Source of the DNA: an uncultured virus (IMG/VR IMGVR_UViG_3300027785_001786)
Lineage: Duplodnaviria; Heunggongvirae; Uroviricota; Caudoviricetes
IMG/VR virus record: IMGVR_UViG_3300027785_001786
Length of the DNA: 64,000 nucleotides
Reading direction: 5' to 3' (one strand)
A program made the position numbers and the translations under genes. Numbering within the stretch: position 1 is the first letter of the stretch; each line of letters opens with the position of its first letter. Positions 27,328-36,408 of this stretch are shown here, in pieces. The notes below the pieces were generated by a model, which saw only the letters and a list, made by a program, of their open reading frames with translations, ran no database searches and was not told the DNA's origin.

Positions 27328-27690
27328 TTATTTTCTCTTGTAATGACCGTCTTTGATCTTTTCACACTCATCTTCGTGTATATGCTTACATACTTCGTCT
27401 AACAGTTCCTGATCTATATCGTCTGGAAGTTCGCGTATTTGAAATTCGTTACAGTATGAGTTATATGCTTGTTCCACAGCATTTTTAAATAATGCAGGAT
27501 TGGTCTGCTTACCTGATTCTAGCATATCACTGCAATCCATAATTGCTGGGTAGGTATGGCGGCGATATGCACTATCGTTGTGAGTCATATAGAATAACAA
27601 GTCATCCTTAAGATCGAAATCTAATCCGTGTTTGTTACCATTTTTCTCTAATTCTAAATCGATGCTTTCGCAGAGTTCATTTATACGCAT
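27328..27690 (-). CDS. hypothetical protein with a capsid-targeting-like N-terminus
   Basis: Starts MRINELCES; first gene after a GATAAATA element. Confidence 0.65.
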   Translation of the reverse strand: MRINELCESIDLELEKNGNKHGLDFDLKDDLLFYMTHNDSAYRRHTYPAIMDCSDMLESGKQTNPALFKNAVEQAYNSYCNEFQIRELPDDIDQELLDEVCKHIHEDECEKIKDGHYKRK

Positions 27691-27707
27691 ATATTGGCCC
27701 GTTTATC

Positions 27708-27742
27708 AAAAAAATACCCTAACTGGTGCAGTTAGAGTATTT
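27708..27742 (-). terminator. intrinsic terminator ending the dnaJ-def-clpA operon
   Basis: AATAC-T-CTAACTG-cac-CAGTTAG-G-GTATT followed by a T run on the minus strand. Confidence 0.65.
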
Positions 27743-27764
27743 ATCGTAATACACAAAATGACTT

Positions 27765-28403
27765 TTATACTTCAGGCTGGTGTATAATACGCTGTACTTT
27801 GCTTATAGTACCGCCTAAATGCATCTTAGTCATGAGTAAGTTGTTGTCGCCTGTGACATAGAAGTGCGTACCACCCCAACTTCTGCCACGGTTTAAATCT
27901 CGTGTACAGCTCTTAGTCAGCTTGATTTTAGCATTATTTTCAGCCCATTCGACAAAACTGCTGTATTCCTGCTTGGTCGCACCCATGGTAATACGATATT
28001 CAAAGTTCATCTTATTCATGATGATAGTATCGCTAGTTAACACACCATTCGCAGACGGCTTACTAATAAACTTAATAGTATCGGTATATTTCTTTTCAAA
28101 TAACTTAACTGACTTGATATCGTTAGTGTAAATGTTAATAATGGGTTGTTCCACACGCAAATCATAATCTGTAATCTTTTTAAAATCACTGCATAATGAT
28201 CTCACATATTCTAAATCTTCTGTGGATTTGATTCGACTGGCCCAATAGGAAAAATGTTCAGGGTACTTGACATCAATTTTTGCCAACTCCATAATGGCAT
28301 TGTCAATATCGCCTCCCCTGAACAAGGTAGCACTGGAACATATCAGTGCAATTTTGTACTGGTATTTTCCTAAAAATAAACTACGGGTCTCTTTATACTT
28401 CAT
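27765..28403 (-). CDS. hypothetical protein
   Basis: ORF overlapping the clpA stop. Confidence 0.7.
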   Translation of the reverse strand: MKYKETRSLFLGKYQYKIALICSSATLFRGGDIDNAIMELAKIDVKYPEHFSYWASRIKSTEDLEYVRSLCSDFKKITDYDLRVEQPIINIYTNDIKSVKLFEKKYTDTIKFISKPSANGVLTSDTIIMNKMNFEYRITMGATKQEYSSFVEWAENNAKIKLTKSCTRDLNRGRSWGGTHFYVTGDNNLLMTKMHLGGTISKVQRIIHQPEV

Positions 28404-30678
28404 TCTGTGTTATAGTAACTGTTTCAGCATCGCTTACTACTAATGGTAGTTTTGGAGTTTTAACTTTAGCAGTAAGCAAGATTTTACCTTCCTCAACACT
28501 GATATGTAGCCAGCCGCCGTTTTTAAGTTCTCCAAACAACATCATCTTAGCAAGGTCACGTTTGATTTCCTTATCAATAGTACGTTGCAGTGGACGAGCA
28601 CCCATCTTGCTGTCAAAGCCTTTTTCAATTAGCCAATCAACTGCTTCGTTATTGATTTTAATACGGATACCCTTTTCTTTGACTTGATCACGCATCTCGT
28701 CAATGAACTTGTTAACGATCTTGACCATAACTGGCTTGCCAAGTTTCTTGAATGCAATAATACCGTCTAAACGATTACGGAACTCTGGTGTTAAGAACTT
28801 CTTCAAGTCTACATCGCTGTAGTCTTTTTCCTGTGCGCCAAAACCAATGGCATTCTTTTCAGCACTTTGAGCACCAGCGTTTGTTGTCAAAATAAGAATA
28901 AGTTGACGACAGTCTGCTTGCTTACCATTTGATCCAGTAATAAAACCATTATCCATTATTTGTAGCAATACTGTGGCTACATCCGGATGTGACTTTTCAA
29001 TTTCATCAAACAACAATACAGCATTGGGACTTTCTTGAATCTGCGTAATCAACAATCCTGAATTTTCTTCAAAGCCAACATAACCTGGAGGGCTACCAAT
29101 TAGCTTGCTGATACTGTGTTTTTCCTGATACTCACTCATGTCAAAACGCAACAACTTAGTGCCTAGGTGTTTAGCCAGACTCTTGGCTGTTTCAGTTTTA
29201 CCTGTGCCAGTCGGGCCCATGAACACAAATGATCCAACAGGTTTGTTTTCTGATTTAAGTCCTGCCTGTGCAACTATAATCTTATCAACAATTTCTTGTA
29301 GTGCAGTGTCTTGTCCGTACACTTCTTTTGCAAGATGTCCTTGTAAATTAACAAGTCCTTCGCTTTCTTGTTCAGCCACAACTTCTTCCGGAATTTGAAC
29401 CATCTTGGCAAGTTCAAAACGTATGCCTTCGGAATTGACCACCCGTTCGCTGTCCGGCATTTTTAAATTAAAACGTGAGCAAGCTACATCAATCAAGTCA
29501 ATGGCTTTGTCCGGCAATTTTTTGTCTGCTTGATATTTCACACTCAGCTTGATTGCTTCTTGTAAAGCGTCATCTTTAATTTTAACTTTGTGATGCTCTT
29601 CGTAATATTTCTTAATACCTTTGAGAATTTGCATTGTGACTTCCACAGTGGGCTCGTCCACAGTGATGCGTTGAAATCTGCGCATCAACGCACGATCCTT
29701 TTCAAAGTGCTTGCGATATTCTTCCCATGTAGTTGAAGCAATAACTTTAATAGTGCCTTTGCTCAGTGCTGGCTTCATCATGTTGCTCAAATCGTTAGCA
29801 CTGTTGCTTGCTGACCCGGCACCACTGATCATGTGCGCTTCGTCAATAAACAAAATTGTCTTGCCTTTTTTAGCTAAACCCTTGAGTACTAATTTAAAAC
29901 GTTCTTCAAAGTCTCCGCGATATTTACTACCGGCTAACATTGCACTGATATCCAAATTGAACACTTGATATTCTTTTAAGAAGTCTGGAACTGCACCCTT
30001 GACAATGTTAAAAGCAAGCCCTTCTGCAATAGCAGTCTTACCCACACCAGGATCGCCCACAAGGATCACGTTGTTTTTACTGCGTCGACCCATGCTCAAC
30101 GCAATGTTTTCTAATTCGTCCACGCGGCCAATTACTGGATCAATCTTACCTTTCTTGACCAGTTCGTTAAGATTAGTTGTAAAGGCTTTAAGGGCTTTAT
30201 TGCCTTGTACATCACTTTGATCCATCTCTTCTTCTTCGCCGCCTTCTAAGTTGTTGTTAATATAGTCAGCAAATTTGTCTTTGTCAATTTCTGCTTGTTG
30301 AATGTAAAAGTGTGCCCACGAGCGTTTTTCGCTCATCATGGCAAGGAATACGTCTGTACTTTCGATGCGTTGACGTCCGTTGAATAACACTTGTGTAAAT
30401 GCTTTGTTAAGTACACGTTCAACTACTTGTGTTTTCTTGGGCTTGGCAACTGGGCCAGCCGCAGTAATTTCATCGCATTTATTTTTTAAGTAATGCTCGA
30501 GATTCTTTTTAATATATTCCGGATCACTTCCGTATCCTTGAATAGCATTTGAAAATCCTTCTTCACACAGCATAGCAAACAAAAGATGTTCGATTGTTAA
30601 ATATTCGTGATTAAGATTCTTAGCTGTGTCAATAGCCTTTTCAAATACTGCTTGTAGATTGTCGCTTGGTTCAACCAT
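28393..30678 (-). CDS. clpA: ATP-dependent Clp protease ATP-binding subunit ClpA
   Basis: Clp N domain (HEYLTIEHLL), two AAA+ modules (GDPGVGKT, GPTGTGKT), IGF loop, GARPL; no ClpB middle domain. Confidence 0.93.
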   Translation of the reverse strand: MVEPSDNLQAVFEKAIDTAKNLNHEYLTIEHLLFAMLCEEGFSNAIQGYGSDPEYIKKNLEHYLKNKCDEITAAGPVAKPKKTQVVERVLNKAFTQVLFNGRQRIESTDVFLAMMSEKRSWAHFYIQQAEIDKDKFADYINNNLEGGEEEEMDQSDVQGNKALKAFTTNLNELVKKGKIDPVIGRVDELENIALSMGRRSKNNVILVGDPGVGKTAIAEGLAFNIVKGAVPDFLKEYQVFNLDISAMLAGSKYRGDFEERFKLVLKGLAKKGKTILFIDEAHMISGAGSASNSANDLSNMMKPALSKGTIKVIASTTWEEYRKHFEKDRALMRRFQRITVDEPTVEVTMQILKGIKKYYEEHHKVKIKDDALQEAIKLSVKYQADKKLPDKAIDLIDVACSRFNLKMPDSERVVNSEGIRFELAKMVQIPEEVVAEQESEGLVNLQGHLAKEVYGQDTALQEIVDKIIVAQAGLKSENKPVGSFVFMGPTGTGKTETAKSLAKHLGTKLLRFDMSEYQEKHSISKLIGSPPGYVGFEENSGLLITQIQESPNAVLLFDEIEKSHPDVATVLLQIMDNGFITGSNGKQADCRQLILILTTNAGAQSAEKNAIGFGAQEKDYSDVDLKKFLTPEFRNRLDGIIAFKKLGKPVMVKIVNKFIDEMRDQVKEKGIRIKINNEAVDWLIEKGFDSKMGARPLQRTIDKEIKRDLAKMMLFGELKNGGWLHISVEEGKILLTAKVKTPKLPLVVSDAETVTITQNEV

Positions 30679-31159
30679 TTAGTTTCCTTTGTTTTTTCCG
30701 TGCCATTTGTAATTTAAGATTGCTTACATATTCAGTAAACGTAACACCATTTAAATGGTCTAATTCATGCTGGAAGCATCTAGCATCCAGGCCTTCAAGT
30801 TCTATTATACATGGTTTACCAGCATTGTCAAGATAGCTGGCAGTAATTTTATTGTGTCGTGCAACTTTAAGCCAGAGATTTGGAAAGCTCAAACAACCTT
30901 CCGCACCTTCTGCCTTATCGTTATCGCCAAACATGATCCACGGATTAAAACATCCAAATTCACGACCGTCTGTAGTGCGCATAACAAATATTCTGCGTAA
31001 CAAGCCAATTTGATTGCCTGCTAGACCAATAGCATTATTAGCTCGCATTAGTTCTAACATTTCACGTTCTACCACAGCCGCATTGACATGGTTTTCAAAA
31101 TCCCAGTTCTCTGCTGGTTGTTTAAGAATTGGATCATCCTCTTTGTGCAATTTCAACAT
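30671..31159 (-). CDS. def: peptide deformylase
   Basis: IGLAGNQIG, EGCLS, QHELDHLNG. Confidence 0.95.
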   Translation of the reverse strand: MLKLHKEDDPILKQPAENWDFENHVNAAVVEREMLELMRANNAIGLAGNQIGLLRRIFVMRTTDGREFGCFNPWIMFGDNDKAEGAEGCLSFPNLWLKVARHNKITASYLDNAGKPCIIELEGLDARCFQHELDHLNGVTFTEYVSNLKLQMARKKQRKLNG

Positions 31160-31979
31160 CTAGTTGCCTCAATCTTTCTATTAATACAGGATCTGTAACT
31201 GGTTTAGATCTAATTTTAACCACCGCTACAAATCTTCCTTTGGTACGGCGTTGTACATTATTAAATCCTTGGCCGGTACTGGCAAACTCAACGCCAGTAT
31301 CAACTCCTGGACGAATATCGATATCGATATGTTGGCCGCTGATAGTTCTAACGCTTTTTCTGCAACCAATCAGTGACTCAATAGGAGTAAGTTCAACAAC
31401 TGTATACAAGTCATCGTTGCGACGTTCAAAATTAGGATCGCTCATCACAATAATAGTTACATTGAGATCTCCGCGCTGTATACCCTGTACACTGTCGTCA
31501 CCCAACCCGTTGTATCTAATAGTTTCGCCATGGCTTATACCAGCAGGAACATTGATTACTACGGTCTGTGTTCGACCACTGGGCAATTGAAACTGCGCTT
31601 CCAACTGTTTGCCAAGATAACTGTCAAGTAATGTAATTTGACATTGTATGTTCAAATCTCTATTTCTTCGAACTTGTTGTCTGTGCATTTGCCCAAATAT
31701 ATCTCCAAACGGACTAGCACCCCCAAATATATCTCCAAAAGGATTATTTCCGGTATGGAAATGAAATTGCTGACCTTGTGGGGCTCGCCGTTGTTGGTCG
31801 TACTCAGCCCGTTTCTGTGGGTCGCTTAATGTGTCGTTTGCAACACTAATATTTTTGAACATTGCTTGGTCACCACCTTTGTCGGGATGATGTTTATTGG
31901 CCAAGCTTCGGTATGCTCGCTTAATTTCTTCTGGACTAGCACCTTCGCTAATCCCTAGGGTTTGGTAATAATCAGTCAT
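31134..31979 (-). CDS. dnaJ: DnaJ/CbpA-like co-chaperone without a zinc finger
   Basis: DYYQTLG, HPDKGG J-domain, G/F region and C-terminal domain. Confidence 0.9.
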   Translation of the reverse strand: MTDYYQTLGISEGASPEEIKRAYRSLANKHHPDKGGDQAMFKNISVANDTLSDPQKRAEYDQQRRAPQGQQFHFHTGNNPFGDIFGGASPFGDIFGQMHRQQVRRNRDLNIQCQITLLDSYLGKQLEAQFQLPSGRTQTVVINVPAGISHGETIRYNGLGDDSVQGIQRGDLNVTIIVMSDPNFERRNDDLYTVVELTPIESLIGCRKSVRTISGQHIDIDIRPGVDTGVEFASTGQGFNNVQRRTKGRFVAVVKIRSKPVTDPVLIERLRQLDVEIAQRG

Positions 31980-32012
31980 AGTCGTAATAACAGGTCTCGG
32001 TTAATAATAGTA

Positions 32013-32041
32013 ATTATACTATCTTAAAGGAGACCTGTCAA
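32013..32041 (-). promoter_or_regulatory. consensus sigma70 promoter for dnaJ-def-clpA
   Basis: Exact TTGACA-N17-TATAAT. Confidence 0.85.
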
Positions 32042-32049
32042 GTTTTTGA

Positions 32050-32265
32050 TTACTTCTTCTTGGCAGGTTCTGGAACTTTTTCGCCTTCTACTTTCTTGTG
32101 TACTTTGATTTTTTTACAATCTTGAGCTTGCTTTCCAGTCTTTTTATCATTTACTGGCTTGCCTGCTTTGTCCACTTTTGGTGTGCAAACTTCTTTCATT
32201 TCGCCGCCGGCGTATGCTGTGCCAACTAATGCCAAACTTGCTACTAATGCTAAAATTAATTTCAT
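32050..32265 (-). CDS. small secreted basic protein
   Basis: Signal peptide ending AYA, two Cys, Lys-rich. Confidence 0.7.
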   Translation of the reverse strand: MKLILALVASLALVGTAYAGGEMKEVCTPKVDKAGKPVNDKKTGKQAQDCKKIKVHKKVEGEKVPEPAKKK

Positions 32266-32266
32266 A

Positions 32267-32389
32267 TTATACTCCTTTTTTAGCTAACATGGCTTGAATT
32301 TTTTCTTGAATAATCTTTGCCCAAAATGGCTGTGGAAAATTCCAACCTACAAATGCTCCTACTGCTACCCATAATAATGTATCTAACAT
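32267..32389 (-). CDS. 40-aa membrane peptide
   Basis: Translated by hand: MLDTLLWVAVGAFVGWNFPQPFWAK..., with an AGGAG SD. Confidence 0.65.
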   Translation of the reverse strand: MLDTLLWVAVGAFVGWNFPQPFWAKIIQEKIQAMLAKKGV

Positions 32390-32401
32390 ATCTTGCTCCT
32401 A

Positions 32402-32881
32402 TTAAATTGCTGGCTGATCAGCATCCGGTACAATCTTCTTACCGCTTGCTGTTGTTACTGGGGTTGTGCCCCAACTTGGTGCTGGCGCAAAACTTGTACT
32501 TGTTGGAGCAACAAACGGTGTGTTACCAAAACTAGGAGCAGGCGCTACTGGTGCAGGACTAAATGTTGGCGCAGGTGTTGGAGTTTGTGCTCCGCCATTG
32601 TTTGCTCCTGCCATTTTTTCTTGTGTACGACCAAATGCCGCAATACCTAATACTGCGCCCATTGCAATGTGGAATAAGCCAGCACCTTGCAATGTTAATG
32701 GATTCCATTGGCTTGTGACTTGCCCGCCGTTTAACGACTGTAACAAACTCCATAACACTGGGAATATAACCATGTCCATAGTACAGACCAGCATATACAT
32801 CCAACCCATCATTGGACGCCATTTAGAATTCATCCAATCTTCTTTTTTTGATTCGCTCGCGCTTTTAACTTCTTCTGACAT
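32402..32881 (-). CDS. holin (GTA 3TM-like family)
   Basis: KWRPMMGWMY...VLGIAAFGRTQEK; located in the lysis cluster. Confidence 0.7.
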   Translation of the reverse strand: MSEEVKSASESKKEDWMNSKWRPMMGWMYMLVCTMDMVIFPVLWSLLQSLNGGQVTSQWNPLTLQGAGLFHIAMGAVLGIAAFGRTQEKMAGANNGGAQTPTPAPTFSPAPVAPAPSFGNTPFVAPTSTSFAPAPSWGTTPVTTASGKKIVPDADQPAI

Positions 32882-32909
32882 AGTTCGCTCCTTTGTCTTT
32901 ATAATATAT

Positions 32910-33158
32910 TTAGTACATACTTGCTACATTAACTAGTGCCTCTAAAGCCGCATTGACTGCTATTTTTATTTGTAAATCGTGTGCTGATTCGTTGATATTC
33001 TTTTCGTGGGCTAAATCCTGTAACATTTCCATAAATTCGCCCTTGCTAATTTCTCTAGCTTCTAAGGATTTTTTTAATTCGTTAGCTCTTACTGCTAAAT
33101 CTTGTAAACTTGGGTCGCCGGTGTTAAACAAGGCTTCTAATTGTTGTTCCACGCTCAT
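32910..33158 (-). CDS. hypothetical protein
   Basis: Coupled ORF in the lysis operon. Confidence 0.65.
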   Translation of the reverse strand: MSVEQQLEALFNTGDPSLQDLAVRANELKKSLEAREISKGEFMEMLQDLAHEKNINESAHDLQIKIAVNAALEALVNVASMY

Positions 33159-33556
33159 CTTGGTTTCTTCCCTATAACGTTTTGGATAGTAACAGCATTA
33201 CGCTCAATACTGCTAAATTTTGTAGTACAGTACATCATGCTGACTGGTTCAGTGCCCTTGTAACGATCACTCAGCCCTTTAACAATTTCTGCTAGCTCTG
33301 CGCTCATTTTAGTGGCTTCTTCGTTGCGTGGAATACTTTGAGTGTAATTTTTTAACTCCACAGTGGTACGCCATATGCTATCTACTTCTTCAACTACTTC
33401 GGGTTTACCACACTTGGCCGCACCTAAATTTGCTTGGGTACGCACACGATTAATCAGCATGTATTCGTTGTTGTCAAATCTGGCCATTAAATATGCATCA
33501 ATTAATGCACAACCCGATAAGCCCCATACTGCTAAAATTATTAATAATTTTTTCAT
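33155..33556 (-). CDS. lipoprotein
   Basis: Lipobox LSGC after a signal peptide. Confidence 0.75.
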   Translation of the reverse strand: MKKLLIILAVWGLSGCALIDAYLMARFDNNEYMLINRVRTQANLGAAKCGKPEVVEEVDSIWRTTVELKNYTQSIPRNEEATKMSAELAEIVKGLSDRYKGTEPVSMMYCTTKFSSIERNAVTIQNVIGKKPR

Positions 33557-33840
33557 TTGATGCTCTCAAATATTTTCTTTTGGCTATTGTACCACTGCGT
33601 CCATGCATCTATTTTAATTTTACATTCTTGGTACTGTCCGTAGTTTTCACTAACGCTACTAACAACTTCACTTAGTTTAGTAGTGCCTTCGGGAATAGTT
33701 TTTAAGTCTGGGCAAGCTGTTTTTAACTCTTCAGGAACTTGTGGAAAATTCATAGTAACTGGAACGCTAGTAGCACACCCTGTTATCAAAAATGCCAGTA
33801 TGATAAAAATTACAAGAAAGAATAATTTAATCAAGTTCAT
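33553..33840 (-). CDS. probable outer-membrane spanin (Rz1-like)
   Basis: Lipobox ITGC, PQVPEELKTACPDL; follows the i-spanin. Confidence 0.75.
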   Translation of the reverse strand: MNLIKLFFLVIFIILAFLITGCATSVPVTMNFPQVPEELKTACPDLKTIPEGTTKLSEVVSSVSENYGQYQECKIKIDAWTQWYNSQKKIFESIK

Positions 33841-34289
33841 TTCTTACCTCCCGCGGCTTGATTTAAAATACTAATGGCTTCTGCATCAACTTTGCACTCT
33901 GCATCCATTTTAGCGGCTTCTTTAACTATGCGTTCTTGTACAACAACTTGTATTTCTTTAACAGTTTTTATTTTGTCTCTGTACTGTGTTTGTATAACAG
34001 TATTAATTTCTTTGGATTTAGCTTCAGCCGCAACTACTTTTGCTTCTGCTTCTGCTACTTTGGCACGCCATGCTAGTTCAGTGTCGTACCCACCACGCAA
34101 CCATACACCCAGCACAAGAACAACAATGCCGATAGGTTTTAATATTCCAGCATATCTTCCGTATACTGGAATCCATTTGCCCAACCACCCGGCTACAACA
34201 CCAGTCAATCCCACAGCAATGATGCCCCAGTAGACCCAGTTCAATATTGCATCTGGTATGATGCTAAACATCCACTGAAATTGTTCCAT
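33837..34289 (-). CDS. probable inner-membrane spanin (Rz-like)
   Basis: N-terminal TM helices, coiled coil and a C-terminal Cys; directly after the endolysin. Confidence 0.72.
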   Translation of the reverse strand: MEQFQWMFSIIPDAILNWVYWGIIAVGLTGVVAGWLGKWIPVYGRYAGILKPIGIVVLVLGVWLRGGYDTELAWRAKVAEAEAKVVAAEAKSKEINTVIQTQYRDKIKTVKEIQVVVQERIVKEAAKMDAECKVDAEAISILNQAAGGKK

Positions 34290-34292
34290 GGG

Positions 34293-34922
34293 TTAACCCT
34301 CTAATACATGCAGTGCGTGGTCATAATGTTTAATGCGATCTTCAAGACCAATAGTGCCACCGTTAATACGTTTGGTCATTGTTAGTATGTCACCTGAGTC
34401 TGCCCACTGATTTAAATTATTTGCTTCCCAGAACCAAGCCGCTGATTGTACACAACCTTCAAATGTTGTCAAATGTTCGCTGGCTTCTTCCACACTAATT
34501 TCTAAACTTTGGGCGTAACGTGTGTAGTTGTCTTTACCAGTTAACTGAATAAGACCTTTACCTGCATATTTCCAACCATCACCTGACTCTTCTGGACCGT
34601 TGCCCATGCGATTACCATATGCTCGATTGGCTATGCGTTCTGGTTGTTTTTCATAAGACTTGGCCACTGCCAAGTCTGGAAAATATCTCGGCCATACTTT
34701 GCAAAGACTTTCTGCTTTGTAATTTAAGTTTTCTTTGATTGCACGATAGTTACCGCTTTCGTGTGCGGTTTGAGCCAAGAATGCCGCAACACGTGGTACA
34801 GTGTCAATATCATAATCGGGAAGTATTTGACATAGAGATTCGTACCAATCATCAAGGTAAGGGTTGTTACCAATGATAGCTTTGAATTTATCTTTTGTAA
34901 AATTAAATTTAAAATCCGCCAT
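34293..34922 (-). CDS. glycoside hydrolase family 19 endolysin
   Basis: AAFLAQTAHES, ENLNY, GDGWKYAGKGLIQLTGKDNY, TKRINGG. Confidence 0.92.
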   Translation of the reverse strand: MADFKFNFTKDKFKAIIGNNPYLDDWYESLCQILPDYDIDTVPRVAAFLAQTAHESGNYRAIKENLNYKAESLCKVWPRYFPDLAVAKSYEKQPERIANRAYGNRMGNGPEESGDGWKYAGKGLIQLTGKDNYTRYAQSLEISVEEASEHLTTFEGCVQSAAWFWEANNLNQWADSGDILTMTKRINGGTIGLEDRIKHYDHALHVLEG

Positions 34923-35652
34923 TTGCTTTCTCCAGTATTAAGGCATAACCGTCTTTTTCTAATATAAACTTTGAACCTATTTTGTTTATATTATAGTTGC
35001 CAATGTATTTTGTTAGATAGATAGTTTCAGCCATGCCGTTACCTTCTAATATGATTGGGCCTTTTGTTTGTTCATGCATTTCTTGCTTGGATCCAAAATC
35101 AACAATTTTTAATGTAATGGGATCTTTGTGAATACGTTTTAATCTAATAGTTTCGCTGAGTAATTGTACATTGTCTACATAGCTACTACTAAAAAAATTA
35201 CTAAAATTATTTAATCCTTCTGTTTGGATAGACACATCATATGCATCACCATCCATTGGAATTTTAGCAGTTAATTTTTCTAATGTGGCATCTTGGCTTT
35301 TAAATTCTTTATGATATCGAAATTTAAAATCTTCTATGTCTGTCAATTTACTAATACCATCTAGCATTTCTATAATTTGCTCTGGTACATGCCTACTGCG
35401 TTCCAACTCAACAAACACTCGAAAATTTCCATCATCAAGTTCGCCTTTGGTTGCTTCGGAATCCAATACAAATTCATAACCCATCTCAATAAAATTTTCT
35501 AAATCTTTTGCAGGATCATGAGAAAAAACTGTAAATGTCAATACAACAGTATCTCTATCGTCTCCAACCTTACTTCTGTAATTATCAATTTCGAAAATAT
35601 TGTCTACGAGATTTCTAAGATCTTTTGCTTTGAGTGATTCGTTAATATTCAT
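34909..35652 (-). CDS. hypothetical phage protein
   Basis: Likely start MNINES; late-type operon. Confidence 0.7.
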   Translation of the reverse strand: MNINESLKAKDLRNLVDNIFEIDNYRSKVGDDRDTVVLTFTVFSHDPAKDLENFIEMGYEFVLDSEATKGELDDGNFRVFVELERSRHVPEQIIEMLDGISKLTDIEDFKFRYHKEFKSQDATLEKLTAKIPMDGDAYDVSIQTEGLNNFSNFFSSSYVDNVQLLSETIRLKRIHKDPITLKIVDFGSKQEMHEQTKGPIILEGNGMAETIYLTKYIGNYNINKIGSKFILEKDGYALILEKANGGF

Positions 35653-35653
35653 A

Positions 35654-36247
35654 TTATGCCGCCATCGGTGCGCCACCCGGCGGTGGTGTGATTGGTGCTC
35701 CGCCTAGAGGCATACCACCTGGCATTGGAGGGCTAATTGGAGCGGTATTTAATTGACTGGCCGCATTGGTATCCAGTGGAGTTGGCGGTTGAGTTTTCAA
35801 TCCATCATCGCCTAGTTCTTCGCGCATTCTGTTCATGTAACCTTTGTAAATATCAACTACCAGTTTCTTTGGCATGGTAACTTCCACGACCCAAATAGGT
35901 TTACGATCCATGAATCCTTTTTTGGTACCTGGACGAATGTCACCAGGATTTTTAATAGGACGAGCTTCCATCAAGTGTGTTTTCTGATAGCTGATTTTAC
36001 AGCCAATTTCTTGTAATCGTTTAGCGGCCATGGGATCTGGCATCTTATCACGTGGCCACATAAAGCTAGCAGTGATCCAATGACGCTCCACTTTGGGACC
36101 AAATGCCAATTCACCATCACTCCAGTTTTTATATACGTACATATCCATTTCGTCCAGTACTCGCTCAAAGTCTTTAAGCGCGGCCAAACTACTATTATTT
36201 TCGTATAGTTCTTGTATGTTTGTAATAATGTCTATAATATCATGCAT
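35654..36247 (-). CDS. hypothetical phage protein with a Pro-rich tail
   Basis: DFERVLDEMDMYVYKNW..GEL..GP; GCTAAATA upstream. Confidence 0.75.
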   Translation of the reverse strand: MHDIIDIITNIQELYENNSSLAALKDFERVLDEMDMYVYKNWSDGELAFGPKVERHWITASFMWPRDKMPDPMAAKRLQEIGCKISYQKTHLMEARPIKNPGDIRPGTKKGFMDRKPIWVVEVTMPKKLVVDIYKGYMNRMREELGDDGLKTQPPTPLDTNAASQLNTAPISPPMPGGMPLGGAPITPPPGGAPMAA

Positions 36248-36408
36248 GATTTGTCCCTAGAAGCTTCTACACTTATTTAGCTGGTTCGAAATCATAACGT
36301 ATCAGTTTATTATTCTGTGTATTCTGTAAATACTATGTAGGACGAACGGTAGTTATCGGGCGGTCACTACAGTCGTTCTACATTCCCCAATGTAGGAGAC
36401 ATTAAACA

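Noticed and set aside
28393..31979. Host chromosomal DNA or a prophage boundary at clpA-def-dnaJ
   Set aside because: Composition, strand and tight overlaps match the flanking phage genes, and the usual bacterial neighbours (clpS, fmt, dnaK) are absent.
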